The notes: generated from the sequence alone by a model not told the origin. A stretch of DNA of 64,000 bases from Candidatus Poribacteria bacterium (GCA_965205015.1 OZ242029.1:544001-608000); one strand, 5' to 3'. Shown: positions 19,287 to 28,368, counted from the first letter of the stretch. Translations and numbers: made by a program.

Positions 19287-20147
19287 ATGATTATTAACTT
19301 TAAGTTCCTACTCATCGTAGTTCTGTTTCTCAATTTCGTTGTACCAGTGTTTCCATTTGCGCCTTCTGGTCGCGTTTTGTCCTTGGATGGTGTTGATGAC
19401 TATGCAATACTCCCGTTTGAGAAACACGGGTATTTGTTTCGAAAAAACACCCGTGAGTTCACTGTTGAAATGTGGTTTTATCCGAAATCTGGACCAACAA
19501 ATCACGGTGAGAGAAATATCATTTTTACTCAGCAAGTTTACTTCGGATTGAGCGCAAACCTTGAGGAATGTAAAAGCGATGCGAGTCAACTGTGTTGCTA
19601 CGGTGGCGCATATCTCGATGGAGAAGACGCCCACGGCGTCTCGTTTTTTTATGCACCACTGGAGAGAAATCGATGGAACTATGTCGCAATCATTTACAAG
19701 AACAGCACATTTGCCTATGCATATAACAATCGGATGCGTCGGAAAAGTAAATTTGACGTGATGGATCGAGTGACTGCGGAGGTTCGCGGAGGACCTACAG
19801 ATTTCTTCGTCGGTGGGTATGATCAGGAGATGGTCCGAATGATTCGCTTTCATGGCGAAATTGACGCTATAAGATTTTCGAGGATCGCTCGATATGACCT
19901 ACCTGAGGTAGCATGGGTCGAGGAACCGTTCGAGCCACCCGATCGTTTTGTACGTGATCAGCACACTGTCGCACTTTGGAACTTTGACGAACGAGAAGGG
20001 ACAACTCGTTTTCAAGATGCAGCAAAGAATAAAAGGACGTTAATTGGGATGAATGGGGCTTCAATTAGCAGCAGTACGCTTGCTGTTGATCCGACGAGTA
20101 CTTCTCTAACGACGACATGGGGATACATCAAGGCGAGATCGCGTTGA
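19287..20147 (+). CDS. Secreted LamG-like protein with TWG C-terminal motif, tandem copy 2
   Basis: Paralog of 18300..19175, ends 'LAVDPTSTSLTTTWGYIKARSR'. Confidence 0.82.
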   Translation: MIINFKFLLIVVLFLNFVVPVFPFAPSGRVLSLDGVDDYAILPFEKHGYLFRKNTREFTVEMWFYPKSGPTNHGERNIIFTQQVYFGLSANLEECKSDASQLCCYGGAYLDGEDAHGVSFFYAPLERNRWNYVAIIYKNSTFAYAYNNRMRRKSKFDVMDRVTAEVRGGPTDFFVGGYDQEMVRMIRFHGEIDAIRFSRIARYDLPEVAWVEEPFEPPDRFVRDQHTVALWNFDEREGTTRFQDAAKNKRTLIGMNGASISSSTLAVDPTSTSLTTTWGYIKARSR

Positions 20148-20193
20148 ACCCGACACACGAAATCCTAAAAGGGAAACCAAACATTTCACCGAA

Positions 20194-22347
20194 TCATTGG
20201 TCCTTGGTTTCTTCGGGAATACGGAAGCGTAGCTCGCTATCGGTCGATTCGATGGTAAAGCCACTCCAACCCCACCGTTTGTGTTTGCCTTTCCCGCGGG
20301 TATATATCACCTGCGTCAAAAGTTCATCGGTGATCGTGATGTCGTAACGCCTTTCAACCGTCTCATTTCCGACAGGAATCTGCAACCGCTGAATCGGTTT
20401 CTCACCATTCGCAATCAGATTTATCTCCAACGGTTCAGGTTCCTCTCCTTCATCTGCGCTGAAATAGCATGTCACTTCGTATGTTCCATTCGGAAGTGCG
20501 ACTCGGAAGACCCCATCTTCTTTCCCCAAAATGCTATCCCCGTAAGGTTGTGATACCTCAGATTCCCTTTGTGAGTCTTCACGCGCTGACACTGTTAACC
20601 AGCCGTATTTTCCATCGGTGTAAGCCGTATCCACAGACACAGGGATATGTCCCGATGCTGTCTGACCCTCCTCAGGCTGCATATCAAAGGCAAGTACAGT
20701 TCCTCCACCCCACATTTGCGGATCCGGTGCTGCGCGCTTGCGACGATAGACCCGATGGTAGTCGTTAGAATGGATAAGGTCATATTCTTCTTCCAAACCG
20801 GCGACATCACCATACTCCGTCCGCCAAATGATGGCGAAATCAGCAGGCAATTCTTTCTGCTTATAGCGTAGTGGGAAATGGTCCGTATTTGCCTCGTAGT
20901 TGTCAAGATAGGCGATCCCCATCTTCACTGCCAGTAGACACTCGGTGTGCCCAAAGGGTTCAACGTATTTGGACTCAAAACCGAGTGAATCAGACAGACC
21001 GTTCCATTCTCCAGGCTCGCTCGTAAGAATCGTATTTTTTTCATACAAACCCATCGATGAGTGGACGTTGGCGATGTCCCGATTCAATAAGGCATACGTG
21101 TGGACATTGTAACCGAGATGCCATAGGGACAGGGCAATGATAACTCCCGCTACGCCATAGTTTACGTACCGATGGAGGTAGTAGGCAGACTCCGCTCTGC
21201 CGTTCACCCGGTTGACAGCAAAAAATGGCAGCAACACGAGGAATATGTACAGATGAAATCGATCGTTTATCCACCCTCCGCTATAGCCAGACCAAGGGGC
21301 TATGTAATACATCGCAGTGATGAGGACTGACATAATCAGAAACCCATCCATTTGCGTCACAACGCGCATCCAGAGCCGTTCGCCCGTCTCTTTCCATTCC
21401 TCCGATTTATAGAATTGGGAACACTGCCGGATTCTATTGATAACTGTGAGTACAAAAACGATAGCAAGAAAAACCAACAACACGCGTCCGATCAGGATAT
21501 GATCATCTCGAAAAGCGACCAAGGATTTCATGGAGAAGAAGTAGTCATTTAGCCACTCAAAGCCTTTATGGTTGCTATCTGTCCCGTGAGCATTGGAAAG
21601 GTAAAAGTAGTAGGAAAATAGGATAAAATACGCAGGTATAAGACTCCCTACGAAGGTCAGCACCGGTTTGAGCGTCACCACACCCGCCCTAAGTCGGTGC
21701 ATGAGGGGTTGTGATGTTTCCTTATGTCCCCATACCCCTTGTAGGACCTCGTAACCCGATGAGAAAAGGGCAAAGAACGTCAGGGACATGACAAGCAACG
21801 CATAGGAATGGTAGTGGGTGAGATAGGTCGCCAACAGCAATATGTAGATGATCACAATGTTTGTCAATCGGAGTTTATCCTTGACTCTCCACCAATAGCC
21901 CATCGTGAAGAAAAATAGGGACATACTGAGGACAAAGTTATAGAACCCCATGTGAAGCAGATAGTTGTAGGCGAAAAGAAACCCAAGCAGTCCAAAGACT
22001 ACGTTCCTCTTTGCGATACCGTTGAGGAAATAGAAGAGGGAGAGCGGTAGGAGCCCGATACAGAGCGTCAGCACTATCTTTTCGCAAACGAGTGGCGGAA
22101 AGACGTACAACAGGACGACAAGGAGCGCGTGGGAGGTCCAGTTCGGGAAGATCGTGGCGTTCAGTTCGTAGACTTCGCGCAGACGATAGTTTTCGTGCTT
22201 ATGGTACTCCTTCACCACGTATGAGTTGTAGATATGACTGAGCCCATCCTGCGTTGGGAAATACTTGAAACCCCAGACGGGTAGAAGATGTAGCACCAGC
22301 ATCACAAAAACTGTAATATATCCAACAGATAACAGACGTGTTTTCAT
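20194..22347 (-). CDS. Polytopic membrane protein, probable GT-C-fold glycosyltransferase with C-terminal beta-sandwich domain
   Basis: Many TM segments. First loop 'PTQDGLSHIYNS'. Soluble C-terminus 'AFDM..YTDGKYGW...FRVALPNGTYEV' resembles galactose-binding-like folds. Confidence 0.55.
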   Translation of the reverse strand: MKTRLLSVGYITVFVMLVLHLLPVWGFKYFPTQDGLSHIYNSYVVKEYHKHENYRLREVYELNATIFPNWTSHALLVVLLYVFPPLVCEKIVLTLCIGLLPLSLFYFLNGIAKRNVVFGLLGFLFAYNYLLHMGFYNFVLSMSLFFFTMGYWWRVKDKLRLTNIVIIYILLLATYLTHYHSYALLVMSLTFFALFSSGYEVLQGVWGHKETSQPLMHRLRAGVVTLKPVLTFVGSLIPAYFILFSYYFYLSNAHGTDSNHKGFEWLNDYFFSMKSLVAFRDDHILIGRVLLVFLAIVFVLTVINRIRQCSQFYKSEEWKETGERLWMRVVTQMDGFLIMSVLITAMYYIAPWSGYSGGWINDRFHLYIFLVLLPFFAVNRVNGRAESAYYLHRYVNYGVAGVIIALSLWHLGYNVHTYALLNRDIANVHSSMGLYEKNTILTSEPGEWNGLSDSLGFESKYVEPFGHTECLLAVKMGIAYLDNYEANTDHFPLRYKQKELPADFAIIWRTEYGDVAGLEEEYDLIHSNDYHRVYRRKRAAPDPQMWGGGTVLAFDMQPEEGQTASGHIPVSVDTAYTDGKYGWLTVSAREDSQRESEVSQPYGDSILGKEDGVFRVALPNGTYEVTCYFSADEGEEPEPLEINLIANGEKPIQRLQIPVGNETVERRYDITITDELLTQVIYTRGKGKHKRWGWSGFTIESTDSELRFRIPEETKDQ

Positions 22348-22420
22348 TACCTCTATAACCTCACCAATACATTTACCTGGACCTCATCAAATAGATTTTC
22401 GCCTTGGTTCTACCGCCTTT

Positions 22421-22594
22421 TTATTTTACCCCACTCGATGGGTAGCAGCTTAGGTAAATCTCGCGGTTAAGATCACGGGCAGACACAAATGCGATTTTGG
22501 CAGTTCCCGGTGCCTGTGCCGAGATAGGGCAAACCGCTCCGTATAATAAGACAACACTTAACACGAAGCAGAACAATAGAGATGAACCTTTCAC
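22421..22594 (-). pseudogene. N-terminal fragment of a secreted TolB/PD40-repeat protein
   Basis: GGAGG-GTG, then MKGSSLLFCFVLSVVLLYGAVCPISAQAPGTAKIAFVSARDLNREIYL followed by unrelated codons and a stop (57 aa). Homologous to the start of the 29705..30694 protein. Confidence 0.75.
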
Positions 22595-22765
22595 CGAATT
22601 ACCTCCAAGAGATCATGAAAAAACAAATTTCCTTTTCCGTCTGAACTCCATTCTAATAGATTTTCGCTTTTGTTTCAAGGGAATAGTCGGTTTTGGAATC
22701 CCAATGCTTTAGCTTTGGGAGGAAAATCCGCCCTCTTGGAAAGGACCAAAACGTTCATTTTTCCC

Positions 22766-22795
22766 TTGACATTTGGTCCGAAAGTGTGTTAGAAT
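22766..22795 (+). promoter_or_regulatory. Sigma70 promoter of tnpB element 1 (TTGACA-18-TAGAAT, extended -10)
   Basis: ttgaca tttggtccgaaagtgtgt tagaat. Confidence 0.65.
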
Positions 22796-22799
22796 TAGA

Positions 22800-22881
22800 G
22801 TATCAGGTTGGCAAGTATTATCAGCGTTACCGCTTGGTAACGTACTTGCCTCCCACTGATAAGGGGATAAACACCTGATAC
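22800..22881 (+). ncRNA. Putative pseudoknotted 5'-leader RNA motif (copy 1)
   Basis: P1 gtatcaggt/acctgatac; P2 ggcaagta/tacttgcc; P3 cgttacc/ggtaacg; P4 tccc/ggga. The bulge ttatcag is complementary to the P4 loop ctgataa. Confidence 0.65.
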
Positions 22882-22891
22882 CTGATATACC

Positions 22892-24121
22892 ATGAAATTA
22901 ACTTTTAAGTATCCTGTGTATCCTACCAGAACACAGGAACAAACAGTGTTAGCGTGGCTTGACCACCTGTGTGACCTTCAGAACTCTGCTCGCCACGATC
23001 GCAAGGTAGCGTTAGAAGTTGAAGATCGTTTCGTCACGCTCTCCGAACAGCAAGACAAGTTAACAGCCGCTCGTGAGAAATATGACGACTTCCGAGAAGT
23101 GCCACAAGATTTCCAAAATCACGCCCTGCGAAGAAACGATAAAGCCTTTACTGCCTTCCGCAAACGTTGTAAAGAAAACGCTGCGAAAAAAGGGTATCCT
23201 CGCTACAAAAAGCGTGTCCGTTCTCTGACGTGGAGCCTTCGCAAATATACGAAAGTGGTTCGTCGAAAGACCAAAGACGCTGAAAAACAGACGCTACGCG
23301 TTCGCGAGAATCCAATCATAGAAACGCCCTTTCGCCATAACCGCTTGAAAGTGCCAAAGTTGGGTGAAGTCAAGATACGCATGCACCGCCCGCTTGAAGG
23401 GGATCCCAAAGAAGTTACGCTCGTGAAAAAAGCAAGTGGCTGGTATGCTCATATTACCTGTGAACTCCCCGATACTCCGAAAGTTGAACCGACAGCTGCG
23501 ATCGCTGTTGACGTTGGCACAACGCACTATCTGACGACTTCCGAAGGCGAAAAGGAAGATAACCCGCGCTGGTATCGCCAAGCAGAAGGACTGCTCCACA
23601 AACATAATCAGACGATGGCCCGCCGTAAAAAAGGGAGCAACCGCTGGTATAAAGCCGTGCATGCCGTTGCCTTGCACCATGAGCGAACTGCTAACAAACG
23701 CAAAGACTTTATCGGTAAACTCGTCTACAAACTTTTTCATCATTGCGGAAAGCACGTCCTCGTTGCGGAGGACTTGCAAACCTCTAACATGGTTCAGAAT
23801 AAGCACCTCAGCAAGAGCATTTCGGATGCGTCTTGGGGTATCTTCTTTCAGTGGTGTGGGAACATAGCCGAAAGAGACGGTTTCCACGTCCACCAAGTGA
23901 ATCCCAAAAACACTTCGCAAACCTGCTCTGCTTGTGGTAAGAAGTCGCCAAAGAAACTCTCTTTAGCGATACGGACCTTTGATTGTAGTTTTTGTGGCAC
24001 TTCGTTAGACCGAGACCACAACGCTGCGATAAACATACTTTTGCGGGCGGCTTGCGCCCATCGTGGAGAGCGTTGGGTTACCAACCTCTGTGAAACGAGA
24101 AACTTACCGGTAGACCGGTAG
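22892..24121 (+). CDS. tnpB: RNA-guided endonuclease TnpB (InsQ family)
   Basis: RuvC residues intact: 'AVDVG', 'VAEDL', 'DRDHNAAINI'. Zn ribbon CSAC...CSFC. Confidence 0.95.
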   Translation: MKLTFKYPVYPTRTQEQTVLAWLDHLCDLQNSARHDRKVALEVEDRFVTLSEQQDKLTAAREKYDDFREVPQDFQNHALRRNDKAFTAFRKRCKENAAKKGYPRYKKRVRSLTWSLRKYTKVVRRKTKDAEKQTLRVRENPIIETPFRHNRLKVPKLGEVKIRMHRPLEGDPKEVTLVKKASGWYAHITCELPDTPKVEPTAAIAVDVGTTHYLTTSEGEKEDNPRWYRQAEGLLHKHNQTMARRKKGSNRWYKAVHAVALHHERTANKRKDFIGKLVYKLFHHCGKHVLVAEDLQTSNMVQNKHLSKSISDASWGIFFQWCGNIAERDGFHVHQVNPKNTSQTCSACGKKSPKKLSLAIRTFDCSFCGTSLDRDHNAAINILLRAACAHRGERWVTNLCETRNLPVDR

Positions 24122-24190
24122 GCTTGTTAACACTCTTAACAAGCCAAAGTCTTTAGACTTGGGTACATTGACTACCTCAAATCTTACAGA
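24040..24190 (+). ncRNA. Predicted omegaRNA of tnpB element 1 (boundaries approximate)
   Basis: Stem-loops overlap the tnpB 3' end and the RE hairpin. The guide would begin at 24173 (tacctcaaatcttaca). Position follows established TnpB biology. Confidence 0.6.
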
Positions 24191-24316
24191 TTCCCAAACT
24201 TGCTATCTATTCCCAATTGTGATAAACTACTCTCAAGCTTAATGCGTCTGATATTGAAAAATATGAGGATGAACATGTCCCAGAATTGACGGAAATATAG
24301 CCTATGGGGGGCAGGG

Positions 24317-24895
24317 ATGGAAATCCCAAGTATTGTTATTATCGGTGATGATTCACAGGCAGGTACCTATATCTTGCGAATCCGCCTTAAAGAGAAGACC
24401 GCATTAAAATTTGGGAGATTCAAGAAAGGGAAACTTATTTCATTACCCGCTGGTGATTACCTTTACATCGGCTCTGCACTCTCGGAGAAGGGAGCCATTT
24501 CGTTAGCACGGCGGCTGATCCGGCACGCAACACGGCGTAACCCTCAGCCACCACATCCTATCCGAGAAAAAATGATAGACCGATTCAGTGAATGCGGTTT
24601 GGGACCTCGCGACCTATTACCAAAACGTGGTAAAACCCTACACTGGAACGTTGATTTCCTCTTGGATCTGCCATCGGCGGAGCTCGTCGCTATCCTTGCT
24701 ATCCGTTCCGCTGAACGCTTGGAGAAGAGTCTTGCCAAGCGACTTGAACAGGATCCACGCACGGAGATTATCGAACCCGGGTTAGGTGCAAACGATGCTC
24801 CAGGTAACACACACCTGTTACGCATCCGATCAGATAGCATGGGGTGGGCATCTCTCACAGACAAAGTAAGAGGGATTCTGAAAGAAACACCTTAG
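24317..24895 (+). CDS. GIY-YIG (Uri superfamily, DUF123) nuclease-family protein
   Basis: 'GTYILRIRL', 'GDYLYIGSA', 'RRLIRH', 'LHWNVDFLL'. Confidence 0.8.
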   Translation: MEIPSIVIIGDDSQAGTYILRIRLKEKTALKFGRFKKGKLISLPAGDYLYIGSALSEKGAISLARRLIRHATRRNPQPPHPIREKMIDRFSECGLGPRDLLPKRGKTLHWNVDFLLDLPSAELVAILAIRSAERLEKSLAKRLEQDPRTEIIEPGLGANDAPGNTHLLRIRSDSMGWASLTDKVRGILKETP

Positions 24896-24935
24896 ACCAG
24901 CAGAATTCACAAACATTAGCCCGTAATGTAATGAA

Positions 24936-25050
24936 GGGGTTTTTGCTTGGGGTCTTTGCTTGGGGTTTTTGCTTGGGGTCTTTGCTTGGGGTTTTTGCTT
25001 GGGTGTTTCTGCGGATTTCTGCGGATTTCTGCGGATTTCTGCGGATTTCT
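24936..25050. repeat. Compound tandem repeat: 5x 13-mer ggggtYtttgctt plus 4.5x 10-mer tttctgcgga
   Basis: Read directly at 24936-25000 and 25006-25050, inside a copy of the dispersed repeat. Confidence 0.95.
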
Positions 25051-25129
25051 TCAACTCGAACACAGAACGCACTAAGGTTTCAAACCACGTCCTTTGTCCG
25101 TAAGGTATAATTAAAAATTTGAGGTAGAT

Positions 25130-26242
25130 ATGCACGATCCACGACTTGATAAACTCGCAAATGTTCTCACAACCCATTCCACGAAAATTCAACCCGGCGA
25201 ATGTGTGCTCATTGAAGGCATTGATATCCCACAAGAGATGGTCATTGCCCTCATCCGAGCAGTCCGGAAAGCGAGCGGGATTCCCTTGGTGGAACTCAAA
25301 CAGAACCGTATCCACCGTGAAATTATTCTCAACGGAGACGATACTGGGATAAAATTGATGGGTGACTACGAAATATATCGCATAAAGAAGGTCCAAGCGT
25401 ATATCGGTATTCGGGGAAGTCACAATATCACAGAGCTATCCGATGTCCCAGGGGAGGCACTGCAACGCTACCAAAAGTATTGGCAGCGGCCCCTCAACGA
25501 TATTCGCGTGCCACATACAAAATGGGTTGTCCTACGATGGCCCCTCCCGGCAATGGCACAACAGGCACAGATGAGCACAGAGGCGTTCGAGGATTACTAT
25601 TTCGACGTTTGCACGCTTGACTACAGCCGAATGGAACAGGCGATGGGACCACTCAAGTCTCTGATGGAGGAAACGGATGAAGTTCACATCGTCGGTGAAG
25701 ATACCGATCTCCGGTTCAGTATCAAGGATATCCCTGTGATCCCATGTGCTGGCGAGAAGAATATTCCCGATGGTGAATGTTTCACCGCACCCGTGCGAGA
25801 CTCCGTCAATGGTACTATCCACTTCAACACACCCACAATCTATCAAGGCACAACCTTTACTGATATCCGACTCCACTTTGAAAACGGCAAAATCGTTGAG
25901 GCGACAGCGAATAACAGTGAAAGGTTGAACGATATTCTTGATACAGACGAAGGGGCGCGTTATATCGGTGAGTTTTCCATCGCCTTTAACCCGTACATCA
26001 CAAATCCGATGCTCGATATTCTGTTCGATGAGAAAATCGCGGGCTCATTTCATTTCACGCCCGGTCAGGCTTACGAGGAGGCGAATAACAGTGTCCGCTC
26101 CGCCGTGCATTGGGATATGGTCATGATACAAACACCGGAGCACGGTGGTGGAGAGATGTACTTCGACGGAAACCTTATTCGGAAGGACGGACGATTTGTC
26201 CATCCTGAATTGGAGGCACTGAATCCGGAGAACCTTAAATGA
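25130..26242 (+). CDS. Aminopeptidase, M29 family (AmpS/AmpT-like)
   Basis: 'NIPDGECFTAP', 'GARYIGEF', 'ILFDEKIAGSFHFTPGQAY', 'SAVHWDMV'. Confidence 0.92.
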   Translation: MHDPRLDKLANVLTTHSTKIQPGECVLIEGIDIPQEMVIALIRAVRKASGIPLVELKQNRIHREIILNGDDTGIKLMGDYEIYRIKKVQAYIGIRGSHNITELSDVPGEALQRYQKYWQRPLNDIRVPHTKWVVLRWPLPAMAQQAQMSTEAFEDYYFDVCTLDYSRMEQAMGPLKSLMEETDEVHIVGEDTDLRFSIKDIPVIPCAGEKNIPDGECFTAPVRDSVNGTIHFNTPTIYQGTTFTDIRLHFENGKIVEATANNSERLNDILDTDEGARYIGEFSIAFNPYITNPMLDILFDEKIAGSFHFTPGQAYEEANNSVRSAVHWDMVMIQTPEHGGGEMYFDGNLIRKDGRFVHPELEALNPENLK

Positions 26243-26724
26243 GCAGAAAACAACACCCGGTATACGGCGATCCGCAGCGATTTGAAGTTGTCGCTGATTT
26301 CATTGCTGAACGATACGGCAGTACAATCCACTCTATTGCCGACGTTGCTGGCGGGAAAGGCATATTAACTCGCCTTCTCACAAAAAAGAAAAACTTCGCC
26401 TGCGAACTCATTGACCCGCGCCGCACTGTGCTCAAAGGCATTGACCATCGTCCTGATCAGTTTGACCCTGAGATGGCAGATTACTATGACCTGTTGGTTG
26501 GACTCCACCCCGATGGGGCGTTGCGTCAATTGGGAGAGGCAGCCCTCGTCCGACCCGCCGTGATAATTCCGTGCTGCAACTTCTGGGATGAACAGCGGCG
26601 CGGGCAATATGAATTGTTGACGGCAATCGAAGATTTCTATCGGCAACATTCAATCCAGTTTGAGCGAATTGAACTCGACTTCAAGGGACCGAAGAACATC
26701 GCTATTGTCTCTGAACCTTTTTAA
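26239..26724 (+). CDS. Small SAM-dependent methyltransferase-like protein
   Basis: 'IADVAGGKGIL', 'LLVGLHPDGA', 'IIPCC'. Confidence 0.6.
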   Translation: MSRKQHPVYGDPQRFEVVADFIAERYGSTIHSIADVAGGKGILTRLLTKKKNFACELIDPRRTVLKGIDHRPDQFDPEMADYYDLLVGLHPDGALRQLGEAALVRPAVIIPCCNFWDEQRRGQYELLTAIEDFYRQHSIQFERIELDFKGPKNIAIVSEPF

Positions 26725-26751
26725 CTATGGGGTCATGGATTAGATTCTTCC

Positions 26752-26782
26752 CTGTACGGGCGAGGTTACCTCGCCTCTACGG
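26752..26782. repeat. REP-like hairpin (gtacgggcgaggttacctcgcctctac)
   Basis: ggcgaggt/acctcgcc stem flanked by GTA.../...CTAC. Confidence 0.6.
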
Positions 26783-26812
26783 TTACGAGTAGGTCCTCGG
26801 TTTTAAGAAACC

Positions 26813-26901
26813 GTAGCCCGTAATGTAATGGAGGGCGGCTCTACGGAAAGGCACATCAATATCCAAACCCGTCTGACCGAACCGCAAGGAAAATTTAAAA
26901 T
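26813..26901 (+). repeat. Dispersed ~85-bp intergenic repeat (copy B)
   Basis: gcccgtaatgtaatgga...ccgcaaggaaaatttaaaa aligns over its full length with 61500-61586. Partial copies at 24917-25118, about 31000-31044 and 59529-59590(-). Confidence 0.75.
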
Positions 26902-28368
26902 ATGGCACGACAACCCAATATTCTTTTTCTTCTCACCGACCAGCAACGTTTCGATTCACTCGGTTGCAACGGAGCACCCATTTGCCGAACGCCTGCTATC
27001 GATGAAATTGCCGCAACAGGTATGCGGTTCACCAATGCCTATACTCCTATCGCGCTCTGTTCACCGGCGCGCGGGTCTCTACTCACCGGACTTTACCCCC
27101 ACAATCACGGACAGTTGTCAAACATGGGCAATTTCAACGCTGTGTTTGCAAACCAGATCCTCGACAAACCGGCGTATCCTAAACTTCTTGACGAGGCAGG
27201 CTATCGGGTCAGCTGCATCGGTAAGTGGCATCTTGCGAAGGAAGGCGACACGGAGTTTTGGGGTTACGATAAGTGGCATCCGTATCGCGAGTGGCACCAG
27301 TGGCTCCGCGAGGACGGGATTGACTTCCGAATTGATAGGGATGCCGTCCAACCGTATGAGTGGGGCGGTGAGGCACCTTTCTACGGAAGACACCCACTCC
27401 CCGCTGAACGGACAATGGAAGCGTGGACCGCAGACAAAACGATTGAACTCATCAACGGCTACTCCGATGCCGAACACCCTTTTATGATCGCTGCGAATTT
27501 CTTTGGACCGCACTTTCCTTACGCAGTGCCAGCACCTTACGACACGATGTATGATCCCGACACTGCCGAACGGTGGGGCAACTTTGACGAGCAATTCATC
27601 AACAAACCCCTCATCCAGCAGAAGGAGATGCTCCGGTGGAACGCCAGTCACTTGACATGGCCCGATTGGCAGAAGGTCATTGCGGCTTACTGGGGATTCT
27701 GCACCTTCATTGACGATCAGGTGCGGCGAATTCTCGACTGCCTTGAGGCGAACGGTTTGACGGAAAACACCGTCATTATCTTCTCAACCGACCACGGCGA
27801 TATGCTCGGCAGCCATCGGCTTTTCAATAAGGGGTTCCACATGTACGAAGAGACGCACCACATTCCGCTCGTCATCCGGTGTCCCGGCGCAACATCACCC
27901 GGAACGACGTGTGATGAATTCGTGAATCTTGTGGATCTCATGCCGACGTTTTTGGAACTCGGGGGTGCAAAGATGCCCGAACGTCTTAATATCGGCTCGC
28001 AAGCTTCACCGGGGCTTGACGGTAGATCGATTGTGCCTCTGTTGCGAGGAGAAAATGTGGAGGATTGGCCCGATGATGTGTTCGCCGAATTCCATGGATA
28101 CGAACCGACGCTTGCTTCTGTCAGGATGGTACGGACGGATTCGTGGAAATACGTCTATAACCCATACAGCGAGGACGAACTCTACGATATGAAGAGCGAT
28201 CCTCACGAACTCCATAACGTGGCGAACCATCTCGGTTACAAACATGTACTCCGACGTATGAAAGAGCGCATGGTCGATCGTCTACGCGAAACGAGGGACA
28301 ACATCGTTATGGAAGGCGGATGGCAGAGCAATTCGTTCGACCTGCTCGTCTCAGAACGGGAGCGGTAG
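26902..28368 (+). CDS. Sulfatase (Cys-type formylglycine-dependent, S1 family)
   Basis: 'PNILFLLTDQQR', 'CSPARGSLLTG', 'GKWHL', 'TDHGDMLGSH', 'ELYD...DPHEL.N'. Confidence 0.95.
   Translation: MARQPNILFLLTDQQRFDSLGCNGAPICRTPAIDEIAATGMRFTNAYTPIALCSPARGSLLTGLYPHNHGQLSNMGNFNAVFANQILDKPAYPKLLDEAGYRVSCIGKWHLAKEGDTEFWGYDKWHPYREWHQWLREDGIDFRIDRDAVQPYEWGGEAPFYGRHPLPAERTMEAWTADKTIELINGYSDAEHPFMIAANFFGPHFPYAVPAPYDTMYDPDTAERWGNFDEQFINKPLIQQKEMLRWNASHLTWPDWQKVIAAYWGFCTFIDDQVRRILDCLEANGLTENTVIIFSTDHGDMLGSHRLFNKGFHMYEETHHIPLVIRCPGATSPGTTCDEFVNLVDLMPTFLELGGAKMPERLNIGSQASPGLDGRSIVPLLRGENVEDWPDDVFAEFHGYEPTLASVRMVRTDSWKYVYNPYSEDELYDMKSDPHELHNVANHLGYKHVLRRMKERMVDRLRETRDNIVMEGGWQSNSFDLLVSERER

Larger units (their letters stand above)
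22679..24172 (+). mobile_element. IS200/IS605-family (IS1341-like, tnpA-less) element 1
   Basis: LE hairpin GAAT-cccaatgctttagctttggg, with TCAA ending at 22678. RE hairpin CAAG-ccaaagtctttagacttgg, ending TGAC at 24172. Both fit the IS608-type guide/cleavage-site pairing rule. Confidence 0.8.

Noticed and set aside
24936-25050. Possible CRISPR array
   Set aside because: The units are 10-13 bp head-to-tail with no unique spacers, and there are no cas genes.
24830-25423. 197-aa minus-strand ORF with PKQKPQAKTP repeats
   Set aside because: It is a translation of the minisatellite and the antisense strand of the aminopeptidase gene.
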